Positions 11,586 to 24,135 of a stretch of 64,000 bases of DNA are shown here, piece after piece. Both the position numbers and the translations under genes were made by a program. A model generated the notes under the pieces. It had not been told where the DNA came from and did not search any database. It worked only from the letters and a program-made list of their open reading frames with translations. This stretch comes from Macrostomum hystrix (Eukaryota > Animalia > Platyhelminthes). The DNA is taken from contig CATNEN010000005.1 of assembly GCA_950097015.1 (NCBI GenBank), positions 5,518,001-5,582,000 of the forward strand, written 5' to 3'. Each line of letters starts with the position of its first letter. Within the stretch, counting starts at the first letter, position 1.

Positions 11586-12984
11586 CTTCGGGTGTGTCAT
11601 AAGTAATGTCACTGAGGGTAAAACAGACCAACTAACAATCGCAGATGAACGAAACTGTATCAATCAACAACATAGTGTCCCCCAATATCAATCACTCTCT
11701 GGCAGTGCTCGTACAGCTTCTCTACCTCAGCCTGCAGGTGTTTTTCCTCCAGCTGTCGGAACCAGGTGCAACGCGGCTTCTTTGACCTCATCATGGTTTG
11801 CGAAACTTCTCTGGGAAAAGTCTGCCTTCAGCCATTTAAAGAGAAACCTGTCGCACAAGTTGAAGTCTGGGCTGTAGGAACTCTGCCAGAGCAGATTTAC
11901 TCGCCGTCCAGCCAGAAAATCCGAAACAGCCTGACAGGTGTGGGGCCGTGCGTTGTCCATCTGCCACAGAACTTCGTTCAGGTGAATCGGGTTTGACCGG
12001 AGCGTGCGCCAGAGGTTCCCAGTGTGTCGGACAAAGTCGATGAAGTACTGGCCCAGTATTGAAGTATTCGAACCCAGGATCAGTAAAGTTCTGAAACCAC
12101 CTGTAAATTGTCCTGCGAGTTGGGCAGTTGTCTGGCAGTGTGTTCCGGAGATCCTCCTCTACTTCAAGTGCAGATTTTCCAAGCTTGAAGCGAATGAAAG
12201 CGTAGAACTGGATGTGCGTCTTGTCGTGATTCATGTTGAGTTTTGCTCGTTGCAAAAAGAAGATTTCATCGCGTTGCGCTTGCTAAATCTGATTGTACCA
12301 TGACTACGTGGCTATCGGGCGGGCTGATATTCGATTATTGCCATAGACGATGTCATTTTGGCCCGAAAAGTTGGGCCGATAATGGATTATTTTTGTGTAT
12401 TTTAACGTATAGCCACATACTATAAGCCACATAGTCTATGGTACAATCACAGTATTACCCAGGCTTTGCGGGCGATAATGAGAAATCCCTCGGGCGCCTT
12501 CGGCGCCCTCTGGCTTTCCCATTATCGCCCTGAAAGCCTGGGTAATAATATACTATTGTACCATGACTACGTGGCTATCGGGCGGGCTGATATTCGATTA
12601 TTGCCATAGACGATGTCATTTTGGCCCGAAAAGTTGGGCCGATAATGGATTATTTTTGTGTATTTTAACGTATAGCCACATACTATAAGCCACATAGTCT
12701 ATGGTACAATCACAGTATTACCCAGGCTTTGCGGGCGATAATGAGAAATCCCTCGGGCGCCTTCGGCGCCCTCTGGCTTTCCCATTATCGCCCTGAAAGC
12801 CTGGGTAATAATATACTATTAACAAATTCTTGCGACAGTTTTGGCCATAGACATTAAAATTGCTGCTCAGGTGTGGTGGCAACTTCTCAATAAATGTACT
12901 TTCAGAATATAATATATTTGGATGATTATTGCTTTGGGTTCCCGCACAACAACCACAGTGACATTACTTATGACACACCCGTAG
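11586..12984 (-). mobile_element. mariner (DD34D) with an internal deletion
   Basis: About 28-bp TIRs CT(T/A)CGGGTGTGTCATAAGTAATGTCACTG, TA TSD; HTH part (TRRTIYRWF) joined to DNARPH-x-YSPDFNLCD with 34 residues between the Asp residues. Confidence 0.88.
12292..12820. mobile_element. Head-to-tail dimer (2 x 263 bp) of a hairpin-rich non-autonomous element inserted in the mariner 5' region
   Basis: Two apparently identical units; each has a ~24-bp inverted repeat pair and a ~100-bp palindrome centred on GGCGCC-TTC-GGCGCC; ATT repeated at the junctions. Confidence 0.85.
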
Positions 12985-15090
12985 TAATTGTCTCAACGAC
13001 AATTTGTCTTAAAGAACCACCTCCATTTGTATTTCAGAGCCACCGAACAGCATGAAGAGGTGACCATGTTGCGATGGAGCATATTGGACCCGAGAAACTG
13101 GGTGCGATGTTTGCTTACTTCTACTGAATTCCGCTGTATCCATGTTCAAATGTGGCGAATGGACGACTTAGTCTGATGGGCGGACTTTGAACTTGACTCG
13201 TGACGCTGACTCTATTTTTGTGCTTGTTCTTTTTACAATGAGCTCTTAATTGTAGCAGTTTATGCAAAGTAAAGTAGTTTTTAGTCTCACTTAGTTTTAG
13301 TATCACATAGTGCCACGTTTTTATGACTAACGTTCCTGCCGCAGTTGGGACGCCGCGGGGCAAGTGATACCTTCGAAGCTATTAATACCTTAGAATTAAC
13401 TAAACCTACGTACGAAGTTACTGTAGTATTTGGCTAATTATCCTTTGGTCCTTGGCGATTAGTCAGAAGCTCCTTATTTAATTTGCACTCGAAGACGTAC
13501 GAAGGCACACATTAGCGGTTTTTTCAACTAATGTTCGACTTCCTCATCTTCAGGTATCGTACTATACTCGTACACTCTCATTATGCGGGACGTTATTGTC
13601 ACATTTGGCGTTGTTAGTAGCACGAAAATCCCCGAACCTTCTTTTCGCGGCTGCGCCCACATTAAATGTAGCTTCAGGGGCAATATAGCAGTGTGGCCCA
13701 CAAAACAAGTCTGTCTCTGTCGAGTCTAAAGTGCGCAGAGGCTCTCAGATCTGAATGCCGTCAAGCCCGACGTGATCTCCACTCCCAGATCGCCTCCTGA
13801 CAACGTTTATCGAGCATGTGTTGTACCATATACCTGGAAAAGTTTATAGTAGATTCTATAGCACTCGTTGTAATCATGTCGTTACATGATCGTTGTAAAT
13901 GTAATCGGTTGTCGTTTGAAGAATCGTATATATTGAAACCCATACTTGTACGTACATGCTGCAACTTTTGCAAGAAATTAAAGTGAATTATGAGCACGTA
14001 CATGAACTGAGTTGCAAATAATTATAGGGAGAGGGTGATCGAGGTGCAACACACTAAAAGTGGGGAACGAACCTCGCGCTGGCAGACCGAGACCGGTTTC
14101 TGGCTTGTTTGCCTTCGTCAGTCAGCCATAACCACACGCCGTCCTCTCCCACAGAAGTCTCTTTTAACCTTTCCATTTTATGGCGATACTTTTTAGTGTT
14201 ATGTGAGAGTTTTGCAGCCAATGTCTTTGTTTTTCTACTGTTGTCAGTAGTCTGAATTGTATCTCTCACACGAAGTATAATCGACTTTTTGTACTTGTAT
14301 TTTTACTCGCAAGTTATTCTAACAGCGAATAAGGGGGTCCAACCTACAGCAGGTGTATTAAATCTTAGTTGTTAAAAGGCCGGGCACATCTCTAAATAAT
14401 AAAGTCGAAAAAATAAGAATCTCATTAATTTATAGAAAACTTAGCTTGACGGCATATTGAAAATTAAACAACTTGTTTGTGAAGGTAAAGCAAATACTGG
14501 TAAATAATTTTTTAATTAAAAGATAAAGCAATGGAATAACACGTCTACGTAGTTTTTTGATTAAACAGTCGCTATTTTTTTATTTCAGTTAGCGACGCCT
14601 TCTCTTTTTAGTTAAAAGCCGCAACTCCATTTTTCTCGAGCCAAAATACGATTAACAAAATAGCACGGTGCGACATAAAATTTAACTGTCTAAAGTCAAG
14701 ATGAGAAGGATTTTTTTGTTATCATTCATTTTCAACACTTTTCCCCCGTACATATATTTAGTGGCAATTAGTCTTTAGCTAATTGCAGTTAGCCAATCAG
14801 TAGCTAATATTTTATTATTAAATAGTGGCTTAATTACTAAATTACTAGTGGCTCATAAATCACTACTTTTACTGTTCAAATGAATTCAATGTTATAAATG
14901 GAATTTTTCTGTTCCTAGCCTCTTAGTTGAAATAAGGTTACTAATTAACGATTTAATTATTTGATATTTTTATGAAAAATAATGAAAATATACTTGATAT
15001 ACACAATAGCTAGCTTTGACAATTTTATAAATGGCACTAAATGCAAGTTCTATGAAAAATATTGAATTATTTATTTTTTCAGATTTGATA

Positions 15091-15785
15091 ATGGCTTCAC
15101 TCAATATACCAGAGAATCTACTGGGCTCATATGCCTTTTATTCGGGTGTCGTTCTGACAAAGACTTTGCTTATGGCTGGTCTGACTGGTTTTAAGAGAAT
15201 CAAGCATAAGGTAAAATAAACTTTTATTACCAAAGTGAGCATTAAATTTTCTAAATAGATGCTTTGCCTGCTGTGGCAAATTCCCATTTGTCTTTCTTTA
15301 TGAAAATATATTTTGAATTGCAGATTTTTGCCAATCCTGAGGATGCTGCACTTTCAAAGAGAACACCTGTGCTCAACAATGAGACTGTTGAGAGGGTGCG
15401 AAGGTGATTTTAAAATCATTTTCATTAATATCTTATTTTTATTTATTAATTTATTAATACAAAGCCAATCAATTCAGATGCTCACATTGAAACTGAAGTC
15501 AATAAATTTGTGACTATACCAACCAATAAACATTGCAGAAACCATCTAAATGACCTTGAAAATGTTTTGCCATTTGTTCTACTCGGCGGCATCTATCTAC
15601 TAACGAAGCCCAGCTCGAATATCGCACTGTGGCATTTTCGCATCTTCGCCGCTAGCCGCATTGCACACACTGTAGCCTACCAACTGGCTCTGCCTCGGCC
15701 ACGCTTTCTGGCCTTCATAATTGGCATGGCTGTCAATGTCTCAATGGTCAACCAGATTCTATTCGCGTTCATTAAGTTCGCTTGA
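15091..15785 (+). CDS. MGST1: Microsomal glutathione S-transferase 1-like (MAPEG), copy 1; exons 15091-15210, 15324-15403, 15539-15785; 148 aa
   Basis: FANPED, VERVRRNHLNDLEN, HFRIF..SRIAHT; canonical GT-AG introns give a 447-nt ORF. Confidence 0.92.
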
Positions 15786-16709
15786 AACGAAAGGAATTGT
15801 CAAATTTTACTGACTTTAACTTTAATAACAATTTTATATATTCCACATTAAGCATAAGCCAATGTTTTACTCCAGGGCTTGACAACATTTGGCCCGTGTC
15901 TCATTCCTTTGATCTGTCTCATCTCTCCCGCCGTGTCTCTTCTCTCCGCTGTGTCATCTCTCCCCTGTCTTATTTTTCCCATGTCTCATCTCTACCCAAT
16001 CTTATCTCTCTCGTGTCTCATCGCTCCACAGTAAAATACGGACCGCTATTGTCTATTTGCTTCTATCTTTTGTCTTCACGAGATATATATGGTAGCAAAT
16101 ACCAGGACCCTACAGAATCTCGAATAAAGCTTAATTATGTATTTCACCTACATAATTAAAATATTAATTGTAATTAATTTAATTTTTATTATTATTCATA
16201 ATTAATTAATTATTTAGTTTTATTTTATTTAATATTAATTAGTTAAATATCTAATTACTTATTAATTAAAAGTTAAAATAGAAATAAAACATACACGAAA
16301 ATGTATACAGAAAAGAATATTGCGTCATTAGTAACGGTTAGTGAAATAAAGATGCATTGCCTTTCATCATTTTTGTTTCATCGACTTATTTGTGTGCTCA
16401 TCTGCCTGGACTTCTCATTGTCAAGCGGTGTACAAAGTCTCACTGTCTTTGTGAGGGTGGGCATACATTTTACAATAAACTCCCAAAGCCTTCTCTCCTC
16501 GGCCGCGCCAAAAATGAATGTAGCCTCATTCGCCGATTCGAACTCGGGGAGTTTAGTGCGAATGCTGAACGCGTTACAGCTGGAGCCCTAAAAATCGTAA
16601 AAGAAAAATTTAGATATTAAGGTGAACAGTTCTCTATGCCATGTAAAAAGCATTTCTAGGACTTTGTAAGATATATGGAATGAAAATGGTTAGCAAGAGA
16701 AACATTCTT

Positions 16710-17150
16710 GTCAGTTTCTGCCAGTAAGATTCATTTCAGTTCAGTTTCTGTCAGTCAGATTCCTGTCAGTTCGTTCACTGTCATATTCTTGTCAGTTCAG
16801 TTTTTTTTAGTCAGATTCTTGTCAGTTCAGTTTCTTTTAGTCAGATTCTTGTCAGTTCAGTTTCTTTTAGTCAGATTCTTGTCAGTTCAGTTTCTTTTAG
16901 TCAGATTCTTGTCAGTTCAGTTTCTTTTAGTCAGATTCTTGTCAGTTCAGTTTCTTTTAGTCAGATTCTTGTCAGTTCAGTTTTTGTCAGTCAGTTCGTC
17001 AGTTCAGTTTCTTTTAGTCAGATTCTCGTCAGTTCAGTTTTTGTCAGTCAGTTCGTCAGTTCAGTTTCTTTTAGTCAGATTCTCGTCAGTTCAGTTCCTG
17101 TCAGTAAGATTATAGTCAGCTCGGTCACTGTCAGATTCTGGTCAGTTCGA
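16710..17150. repeat. 30-bp tandem repeat (GTCAGTTCAGTTTCTTTTAGTCAGATTCTT)
   Basis: Direct reading; degenerates at both edges. Confidence 0.9.
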
Positions 17151-17154
17151 TCGG

Positions 17155-18903
17155 CTAGAATAACTGTCAGCTAGAACACTGTCAGCTAGATAACTGTCAG
17201 GTAGGTAACTGTCAGGTAGATAACTGTCAGCTAGTTACTGTCAGCTAGGTAACTGTCAGCTAGGTAACTGTCAACTAGATAACTGTCAGCTAGGTAACTG
17301 TCAACTAGATAACTGTCAGCTAGATAACTGTCAGCTAGGTAACTGTCAGCTAGATAACTGTCAGCTAGGTAACTGTCAGCTAGGTAACTGTCAACTAGAT
17401 AACTGTCAGCTAGGTAACTGTCAGCTAGATAACTGTCAGCTAGGTAACTGTCAGCTAGGTAACTGTCAACTAGATAACTGTCAGCTAGATAACTGTCAGC
17501 TAGGTAACTGTCAGCTAGGTAACTGTCAGCTAGATAACTGTCAGCTAGATAACTGTCAGCTAGGTAACTGTCAGCCAGATAACTGTCAGCTAGTTACTGT
17601 CAGCTAGGTAACTGTCAGCTAGTTACTGTCAGCTAGGTAACTGTCAGCTAGGTAACTGTCAGCTAGATAACTGTCAGCTAGATAACTGTCAGCTAGGTAA
17701 CTGTCAGCTAGGTAACTGTCAGCTAGATAACTGTCAGCTAGGTAACTGTCAGCTAGATAACTGTCAGCTAGGTAACTGTCAGTTAGGTAACTGTCAGCTA
17801 GGTAACTGTCAGCTAGATAACTGTCAGCTAGATAACTGTCAGCTAGGTAACTGTCAGCTAGGTAACTGTCAACTAGATAACTGTCAGCTAGATAACTGTC
17901 AGCTAGATAACTGTCAACTAGATAACTGTCAGCTAGATAACTGTAAGCTAGATAACTGTCAGCTAGGTAACTGTCAACTAGATAACTGTCAGCTAGGTAA
18001 CTGTCAGCTAGGTAACTATCAGCTAGATAACTGTCAGCTAGATAACTGTCAGCTAGGTAACTGTCAGCTAGGTAACTGTCAGCTAGATAACTGTCAGCTA
18101 GGTAACTGTCAGCTAGATAACTGTCAGCTAGGTAACTGTCAGTTAGGTAACTGTCAGCTAGGTAACTGTCAGCTAGATAACTGTCAGCTAGATAACTGTC
18201 AGCTAGGTAACTGTCAGCTAGGTAACTGTCAACTAGATAACTGTCAGCTAGATAACTGTCAGCTAGATAACTGTCAACTAGATAACTGTCAGCTAGATAA
18301 CTGTAAGCTAGATAACTGTCAGCTAGGTAACTGTCAACTAGATAACTGTCAGCTAGGTAACTGTCAACTAGATAACTGTCAGCTAGATAACTGTCAGCTA
18401 GGTAACTGTCAGCTAGATAACTGTCAGCTAGATAACTGTCAGCTAGGTAACTGTCAGCTAGGTAACTGTCAACTAGATAACTGTCAGCTAGGTAACTGTC
18501 AGCTAGATAACTGTCAGCTAGGTAACTGTCAGCTAGGTAACTGTCAACTAGATAACTGTCAGCTAGATAACTGTCAGCTAGATAACTGTCAGCTAGGTAA
18601 CTGTCAGCTAGGTAACTGTCAGCTAGATAACTGTCAGCTAGATAACTGTCAGCTAGATAACTGTCAGCTAGATAACTGTCAGCTAGGTAACTTTCAGCTA
18701 GATAACTGTCAGCTAGGTAACTGTCAGCTAGTTACTGTCAGCTAGGTAACTGTCAGCTAGGTAACTGTCAGCCAGATAACTGTCAGCTAGGTAACTGTCA
18801 GCTAGTTACTGTCAGCTAGATAACTGTCAGGTAGGTAACTGTCAGGTAGATAACTGTCAGCTAGATAACTGTCAGCTAGGTAACTGTCAGCTAGGTTACT
18901 GTC
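17155..18903. repeat. 15-bp satellite (AACTGTCAGCTAG[A/G]T), about 115 units
   Basis: Direct reading; contains a 360-bp higher-order duplication. Confidence 0.97.
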
Positions 18904-19294
18904 TTACCTCTGTCCGATTGGAGTGCGTGAGGTCAGCGTGCCTTTGTCGGCAGTCAGGCTTACGAGATTGTCAACGAAATTGTAACAGTTGAAGACAATT
19001 TTGCTAGCCAAGTTCTCCAAATTTTCAGCATGCAATCCGAGTCAGATTGTTTGCTAAATGCGATACCCTGAACTGTACCATGGCTGCCTTCACGCTGGCT
19101 AACAGATCATGCGAACTGCTCACGGTTAGTAGCTCGTAGCAACGAAGGCAGCAACGCTGAAAGCAATGTTTTTCGATTCATGGGCAACGATGACAAAAAT
19201 TCGAGCCTAACGAACTTTTGAAATATTACTGGATTCGATGTGAAAATTCTTAGCCAAGCGCGGCCTATACTGCTTAAAAGTAAGTACTGGTTGC

Positions 19295-19885
19295 ATCATG
19301 AGAGTGTGTTAGATATGATTAGAGGGTGTTGGATATGATGAGGGGTTGTTAGATGTGATGAGGGGGTGTTAGATATGATGAGGGGGTGTCAGGTATGATG
19401 AGAGGGTTTTAGATATGATGAGGGGTGTTAGGTATGATGAGGGGGTGTTAGATGTGATGAGAGGGCGTTATATATTATGAGGGCGTGTTAGACATGATGA
19501 GAGGGTGTTAGGTATGATGAGGGGGTGTTAGATGTGATGAGAGGGCGTTATTTATATATTATGAGGGCGTGTTAGACATGATGAGAGGGTGTTAGACATG
19601 ATGACGGGGTGTTAGGTATGATGAGGGGTGTTAGATGTGATGAGAGGGTTTTAGGTATGATGAGGGGTGTTAGACATGATGAGAGGGTGTTAGATATGAT
19701 GAGAGGGTGTTAGGTATGATGAGGGGGTGTTAGGTATGATAAGAGGGTGTTAGATATGATGAGGGGTGTTAGGTATGATGAGGGGGTGTTAGGTATGATG
19801 AGAGGGTGTTATATATTATGAGGGCGTGTTAGACATGATGAGAGGGTCTTAGACATGATGAGGGGGCGTTAGATATGATGAGAGC
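19295..19885. repeat. About 20-bp minisatellite (ATGATGAGAGGGTGTTAGAT)
   Basis: Direct reading. Confidence 0.93.
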
Positions 19886-19889
19886 AGTA

Positions 19890-20468
19890 GAACTACCAAT
19901 CGACGGAATTTCCCACCTGACAATTTCTTTGCTGCACCCAGAAAGAGACACGCAAGCACACGAAACTCACTCAAGAACACGGGCCAACTCTTTGTTGCGC
20001 ATCTTCTGAAGTAATAAACAAGTCGCCAGCTCTTCAGACCGTCAAGATATTGAAATGGTTCTGGCCGTAGGTCGGATTTTCCCCATAAGCGCTAGTGTAT
20101 TTCATACACCCCTATACACAAATTAGCACTGCGCCTCAGTGCGGCCTTGCCAGGCCTTCAAAGTTGATCAGCATGTCACCCGAATGTGCCTGCATCATCT
20201 CCGTCTTCGTGGTCACCTACCTTTATCTAGACGGACTGCTGGACCTTCAAGGGCTACAACAGGTGGAACTAAGCCACTATGGACACCCTGACGCGAATTT
20301 CTCCTATGTGGATCAAAGCCAAAATATCAGGCGCAGCTCAACCCCAGTACACAATCGTCTAGTCTGACAACAAATCAGTCACCACCCAACGCTGTTAGCA
20401 TTCTGGCGCTGCCAAAAAAGTCAGGGGCGCCCTTGGTATAAGAACGGGCGGCAAAATGGTAGCCCTAC
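19890..20468 (+). repeat. Dispersed repeat family Z, longest copy; possible hAT-like right end TGGTAGCCCTA
   Basis: Similar to 1925-2195 and 4480-4820; element class uncertain. Confidence 0.6.
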
Positions 20469-20734
20469 TGATAACAATCTACGAATTTCTTTTCGCTTCT
20501 AGTATTTCAGAAGGTATTTACATCGTTACAGTAATTTACTTACTTTATGCGCCTCTGAAATCCTTTGATCCACCGCCATCTATGCCTTCTATAATAGATG
20601 AAATCTTTTGAAACCCTTTGATCCCACCGACATTCTACCACCGAAAAAATCCTTTGATCCACAGCTATTCTAAAACTCTATAAAATCCTTTGATCTACCG
20701 CCATTCTAACACCGAAGAAATCCTTCTATTCATT

Positions 20735-21975
20735 GCAGACGCCAAATCTGGCAGAACGGGTTTCGTTCAGTCGGCTTTCATTGAAATCACCGGCTGCTAC
20801 CTCATCGAAGCGTCGGGTGCGGACGGTGGCTACGCCAAGAATCAACTTCGCAAGCCTGGCAGCGGCGCCGTTGGCGCAAATGATAATCTGAAGATTAACA
20901 TTCAGCTAGTCATGTTTACTCTGTTAAATTATCACCAACCAGCCAGTTGCAGCAAGATCTCCCAAGACGCCGTGTTTTCCATGCCCTCAGGTAACAAAGG
21001 TATCAACAAAGTCAGCGAATTTCCAAATAATAGTAATCATAATTGCATAACGGGTTGTGGGCACTGGCGCATTACTTAGTGACAGTAGTCACGCAGCCAG
21101 CAAGGAGACAACTCCTGAGCACTGACTCTTGAGCACACACACAGGTGTGAACAGGTGTGACTTTCTCATCGTCGGGCAGTGTACACTGCGACTGTGCCTT
21201 GGAGGTTGACCCTCTGCGGCTGCGCCCCAAATAAATGTGGCCTCGCCGCGGAATCGAGCTCAGGGACCTTGGTGCGAGAGGCAAACTGTCTACCACTCAC
21301 CCCCTCGCAATTATCCAAATTATTTGGTCAGTTATTCACTCGCTTGGAAAATGTTCCCCTTTGGGCAAATGAGAGATTCTACGAAAAAAGCTTTTCCGAG
21401 ACTAGGCTGCTATTCTTATGCAACCTACTTCACTAGGTCTGAACGGCTCGACAAACAGCTCCGGCACCAATAACAGCCAAGCGCCGGGAGTTTCACACAC
21501 CGCCTCCTACACTGGCATCGGTGGCGTCGACGGCCTGGCTGGAAGAGTCGGCTCGTTGCGATTCACAGCTGCCGGCACCGGGGTCAACAGTGCGGGTGGT
21601 CCCGGCGCCGGATGGAACTACAACGCCGATTCAAGCATCGCCGCCTATCCACACGATGGCGAGGGCGGCAAGAACTTCGTCGATGGCTGGTTGGGCGGAC
21701 GACGCGGCAAGTATCTTAGCTCTGCCAACAGCGGCGACGGCGGCTTCGGCGGCGGCAGTGGAGGCGGCTACGGCATTGACTCTGATGATAGAAGATATTA
21801 TGGTGCCTGTGGCGGCGGCGGTGGCTACAGCGGCGGCGGCGCCGGCATGATCAAAGAGGCGGCTCAGCTTGTGGCATCGGCGGCGTCGATTGCTCCATCG
21901 GAGTGGCTGGAGGCGGACGAGTCGGCCACGGATTCGTCAGTCTGAGACTGCTGAATCATGGCGCATGCGGATGAG
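20735..21975 (+). pseudogene. ALK/LTK-type glycine-rich domain gene, disrupted
   Basis: GCYLIEASGADGG, GPGAGW, GDGGFGGGSGGG, CGGGGGYSGGGAG, then a frameshift near 21846 to GGSACG..GHGFVSLRLL; SINE at 21072-21305 lies inside. Confidence 0.6.
21072..21305 (-). mobile_element. SINE family A copy (inverted, internally deleted)
   Basis: Reverse complement matches the head and body of 23283-23640. Confidence 0.75.
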
Positions 21976-23139
21976 CATTGCGTGTCGAAAGTTAAAATAT
22001 AAAATACTAAATCTTAACTAGGATGAGGATGAATATCAATATCTTCATAATCCCCTCCATTCCAAATCGCCTTTATTTTAAATGTGATAATCCCATGGAT
22101 TTTTAACTCCGCTTCTTGTAGGGTTTGATTTGTAAACCCTGTTCAATTTTCTTTCCTGCCATTCTTATTCCCCTAATTTAAATCGCACTATTTTCAAATT
22201 CCGTTGATGTAAATCCCATAAATTTTAAACCTACTTCGTTGTAAATATTATTCATTTAAAAAGCCATTTTTTAAATCCCGTAAATTAAAAACCTTTTTTA
22301 ACCACTTTTGTTTTAAATCAATTCATTTCATGTTTTTTCTATTCCCTATGTTCCTAATCTTATACATTTTAAATCTTCTATTATTTTTGTATAGATACAA
22401 AAGATATTTCGATTTCGATTCCACTAGAAAAAAATATAGATACAAGATTTGTATAAACACTAGTAAAGTGTTTATGTTTTACAATCGCCGCCATCCACTT
22501 TAATAGCAATTAAAATTAACTTATTGTACTCGCTGCTTCTGAAATTATTATTGTGATAGTCTTGTCCTGTCCGCATTGTTTGGTAAACTATTTTTTTGTT
22601 TCCATTCGGCTTATCCTCAGTTTATAAAATCACTGCTCTTTGTGTGGCACAATATTCTGCAAATTTCTATCAAAGCAAATAAAATTACGCTCTATCAAGT
22701 GAAGATTTAATACAATCAACATAACATCAATTGTGATAATAAAGAATCACTCAGTAACTGTACTTCGGATTATATTTTTTCACCTTTCTAAAAAGAAGAC
22801 AGTTCTGAGTTTTCTCAGAATAATTTTTAAAAGAAAGATTAATTACTTTGCTTACGAGTATAAGGAAGAATAAGTTTATAGATATTATTTAGGACAGATT
22901 TTGAAACTGTACTATAAGCTCAGTTTTGGCACCAACTAAAACTGAAAAAATCCCCAAATGATTCCATAGGATCTTCCGTCGATTATCGAGTCCATTCAAA
23001 GCAATATTTTTTCTGTTCCATATCTTAACACAACAACATGCAGCCAACTCGTAGATTCGGTAAGTACTACAGTTACTACTACATGAATGAGTAGTACTGA
23101 GTGGAAATGCAAGTTAAAAAATCAAAGAAGTACGTTTTG

Positions 23140-23770
23140 AAACCAGCAAGAAATCCTCGCCAGCAATGGAATCGCAGCAAGAAATCCCAGCTACTAATGA
23201 AATCGCAGCAAGAAATACTACTCACTAATGGAACCGCAGCAAGAAATCCTCGCCAGCAATGGAATTGAATAAAGAAGTCCTAGGGGGTCGGTGGCAGAGC
23301 GGTTAACGCGTTTGCCTCTCGCACCACGGTCCTTAAGTTCGATTCCACGGCGAGGCCACATTCAATTGGGGCGCAGCCGCGGAGAGAAGGCTTTGGTGGC
23401 TTGTCGTGCAATTTACGCCATTGAGGGCCAACCTCCAAGGCACAGTGAGAGTGTACACTGCCTGACGATGAGAAAGTCAGGGCAGATGTACACACCTGTG
23501 TGAGCGTGTGCCTGCGTACGGTATTTAAGTGCGCGTGTGCTCACGAGTCAGCGAAATGAGCAGAATTGCCTCCTCGCTGGTCTAGTGTCACAAATTTAAT
23601 GTGCCACTTCTAGTTGCCCTCCTACAATAATAATTATTTTTATCAAGAAATCCTAGCCACTAATGGAATCACTGCAAGAAATCCTTGTACCGAATAGAAT
23701 CGCAGTAAGAAATATTAGTAGCCACTAAAGGTAATCGCAGCAAGAAATACTTGGTTTGCAGAGAACCGCA
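23140..23770. repeat. About 35-bp degenerate tandem repeat (AATGGAATCGCAGCAAGAAAT core), split by a SINE
   Basis: Units at 23140-23275 and 23645-23770. Confidence 0.7.
23283..23640 (+). mobile_element. SINE family A, full-length tRNA-derived copy
   Basis: A box TGGCAGAGCGGTTAACGC, B box AAGTTCGATTCC, unique body, ATA/ATT tail. Confidence 0.8.
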
Positions 23771-24135
23771 GCACTGCATGAGTGTCAGAGTTCAATATTC
23801 GTTGCTTAGTATGTAGCAGTTTTGCAAAGGTTTATCCGATTCTGGTTTTAATCGCTAGAACCACACTGGCGTTTAATTACTTTCAGTACTATGCAATCTT
23901 ATCTGTGCAATAGAGGTTTTAGCAACTCTTATCGATACAAGGGAGCGTATACAGTCTTACATAAGAAATTTTCTAGTCCAAAGTCCACGTCTTCATTGAA
24001 AGCACACACACACACACAACCGATATTCTGTTAAATACTGAGCTTCTAACTTTGTCTTTAGATTCATTTTACTGCTAAAATTTCACAAAAAGCTATCTTT
24101 AAATCTTATTGCATTGGTTTAGCCAAGACTGCACA

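Noticed and set aside
13000-14900. Short ORFs and a TAGGGGAGAG start near 14025
   Set aside because: No recognisable domains, no partner end and no second copy in the window
16708-17115. 135-aa ORF with VRFLSVQFLL repeats
   Set aside because: Translation of a 30-bp tandem repeat that lacks stops in one frame; no ATG or gene context
17155-18903. Regular short repeats resembling a CRISPR array
   Set aside because: Units are contiguous with no unique spacers, there are no cas genes, and the context is eukaryotic
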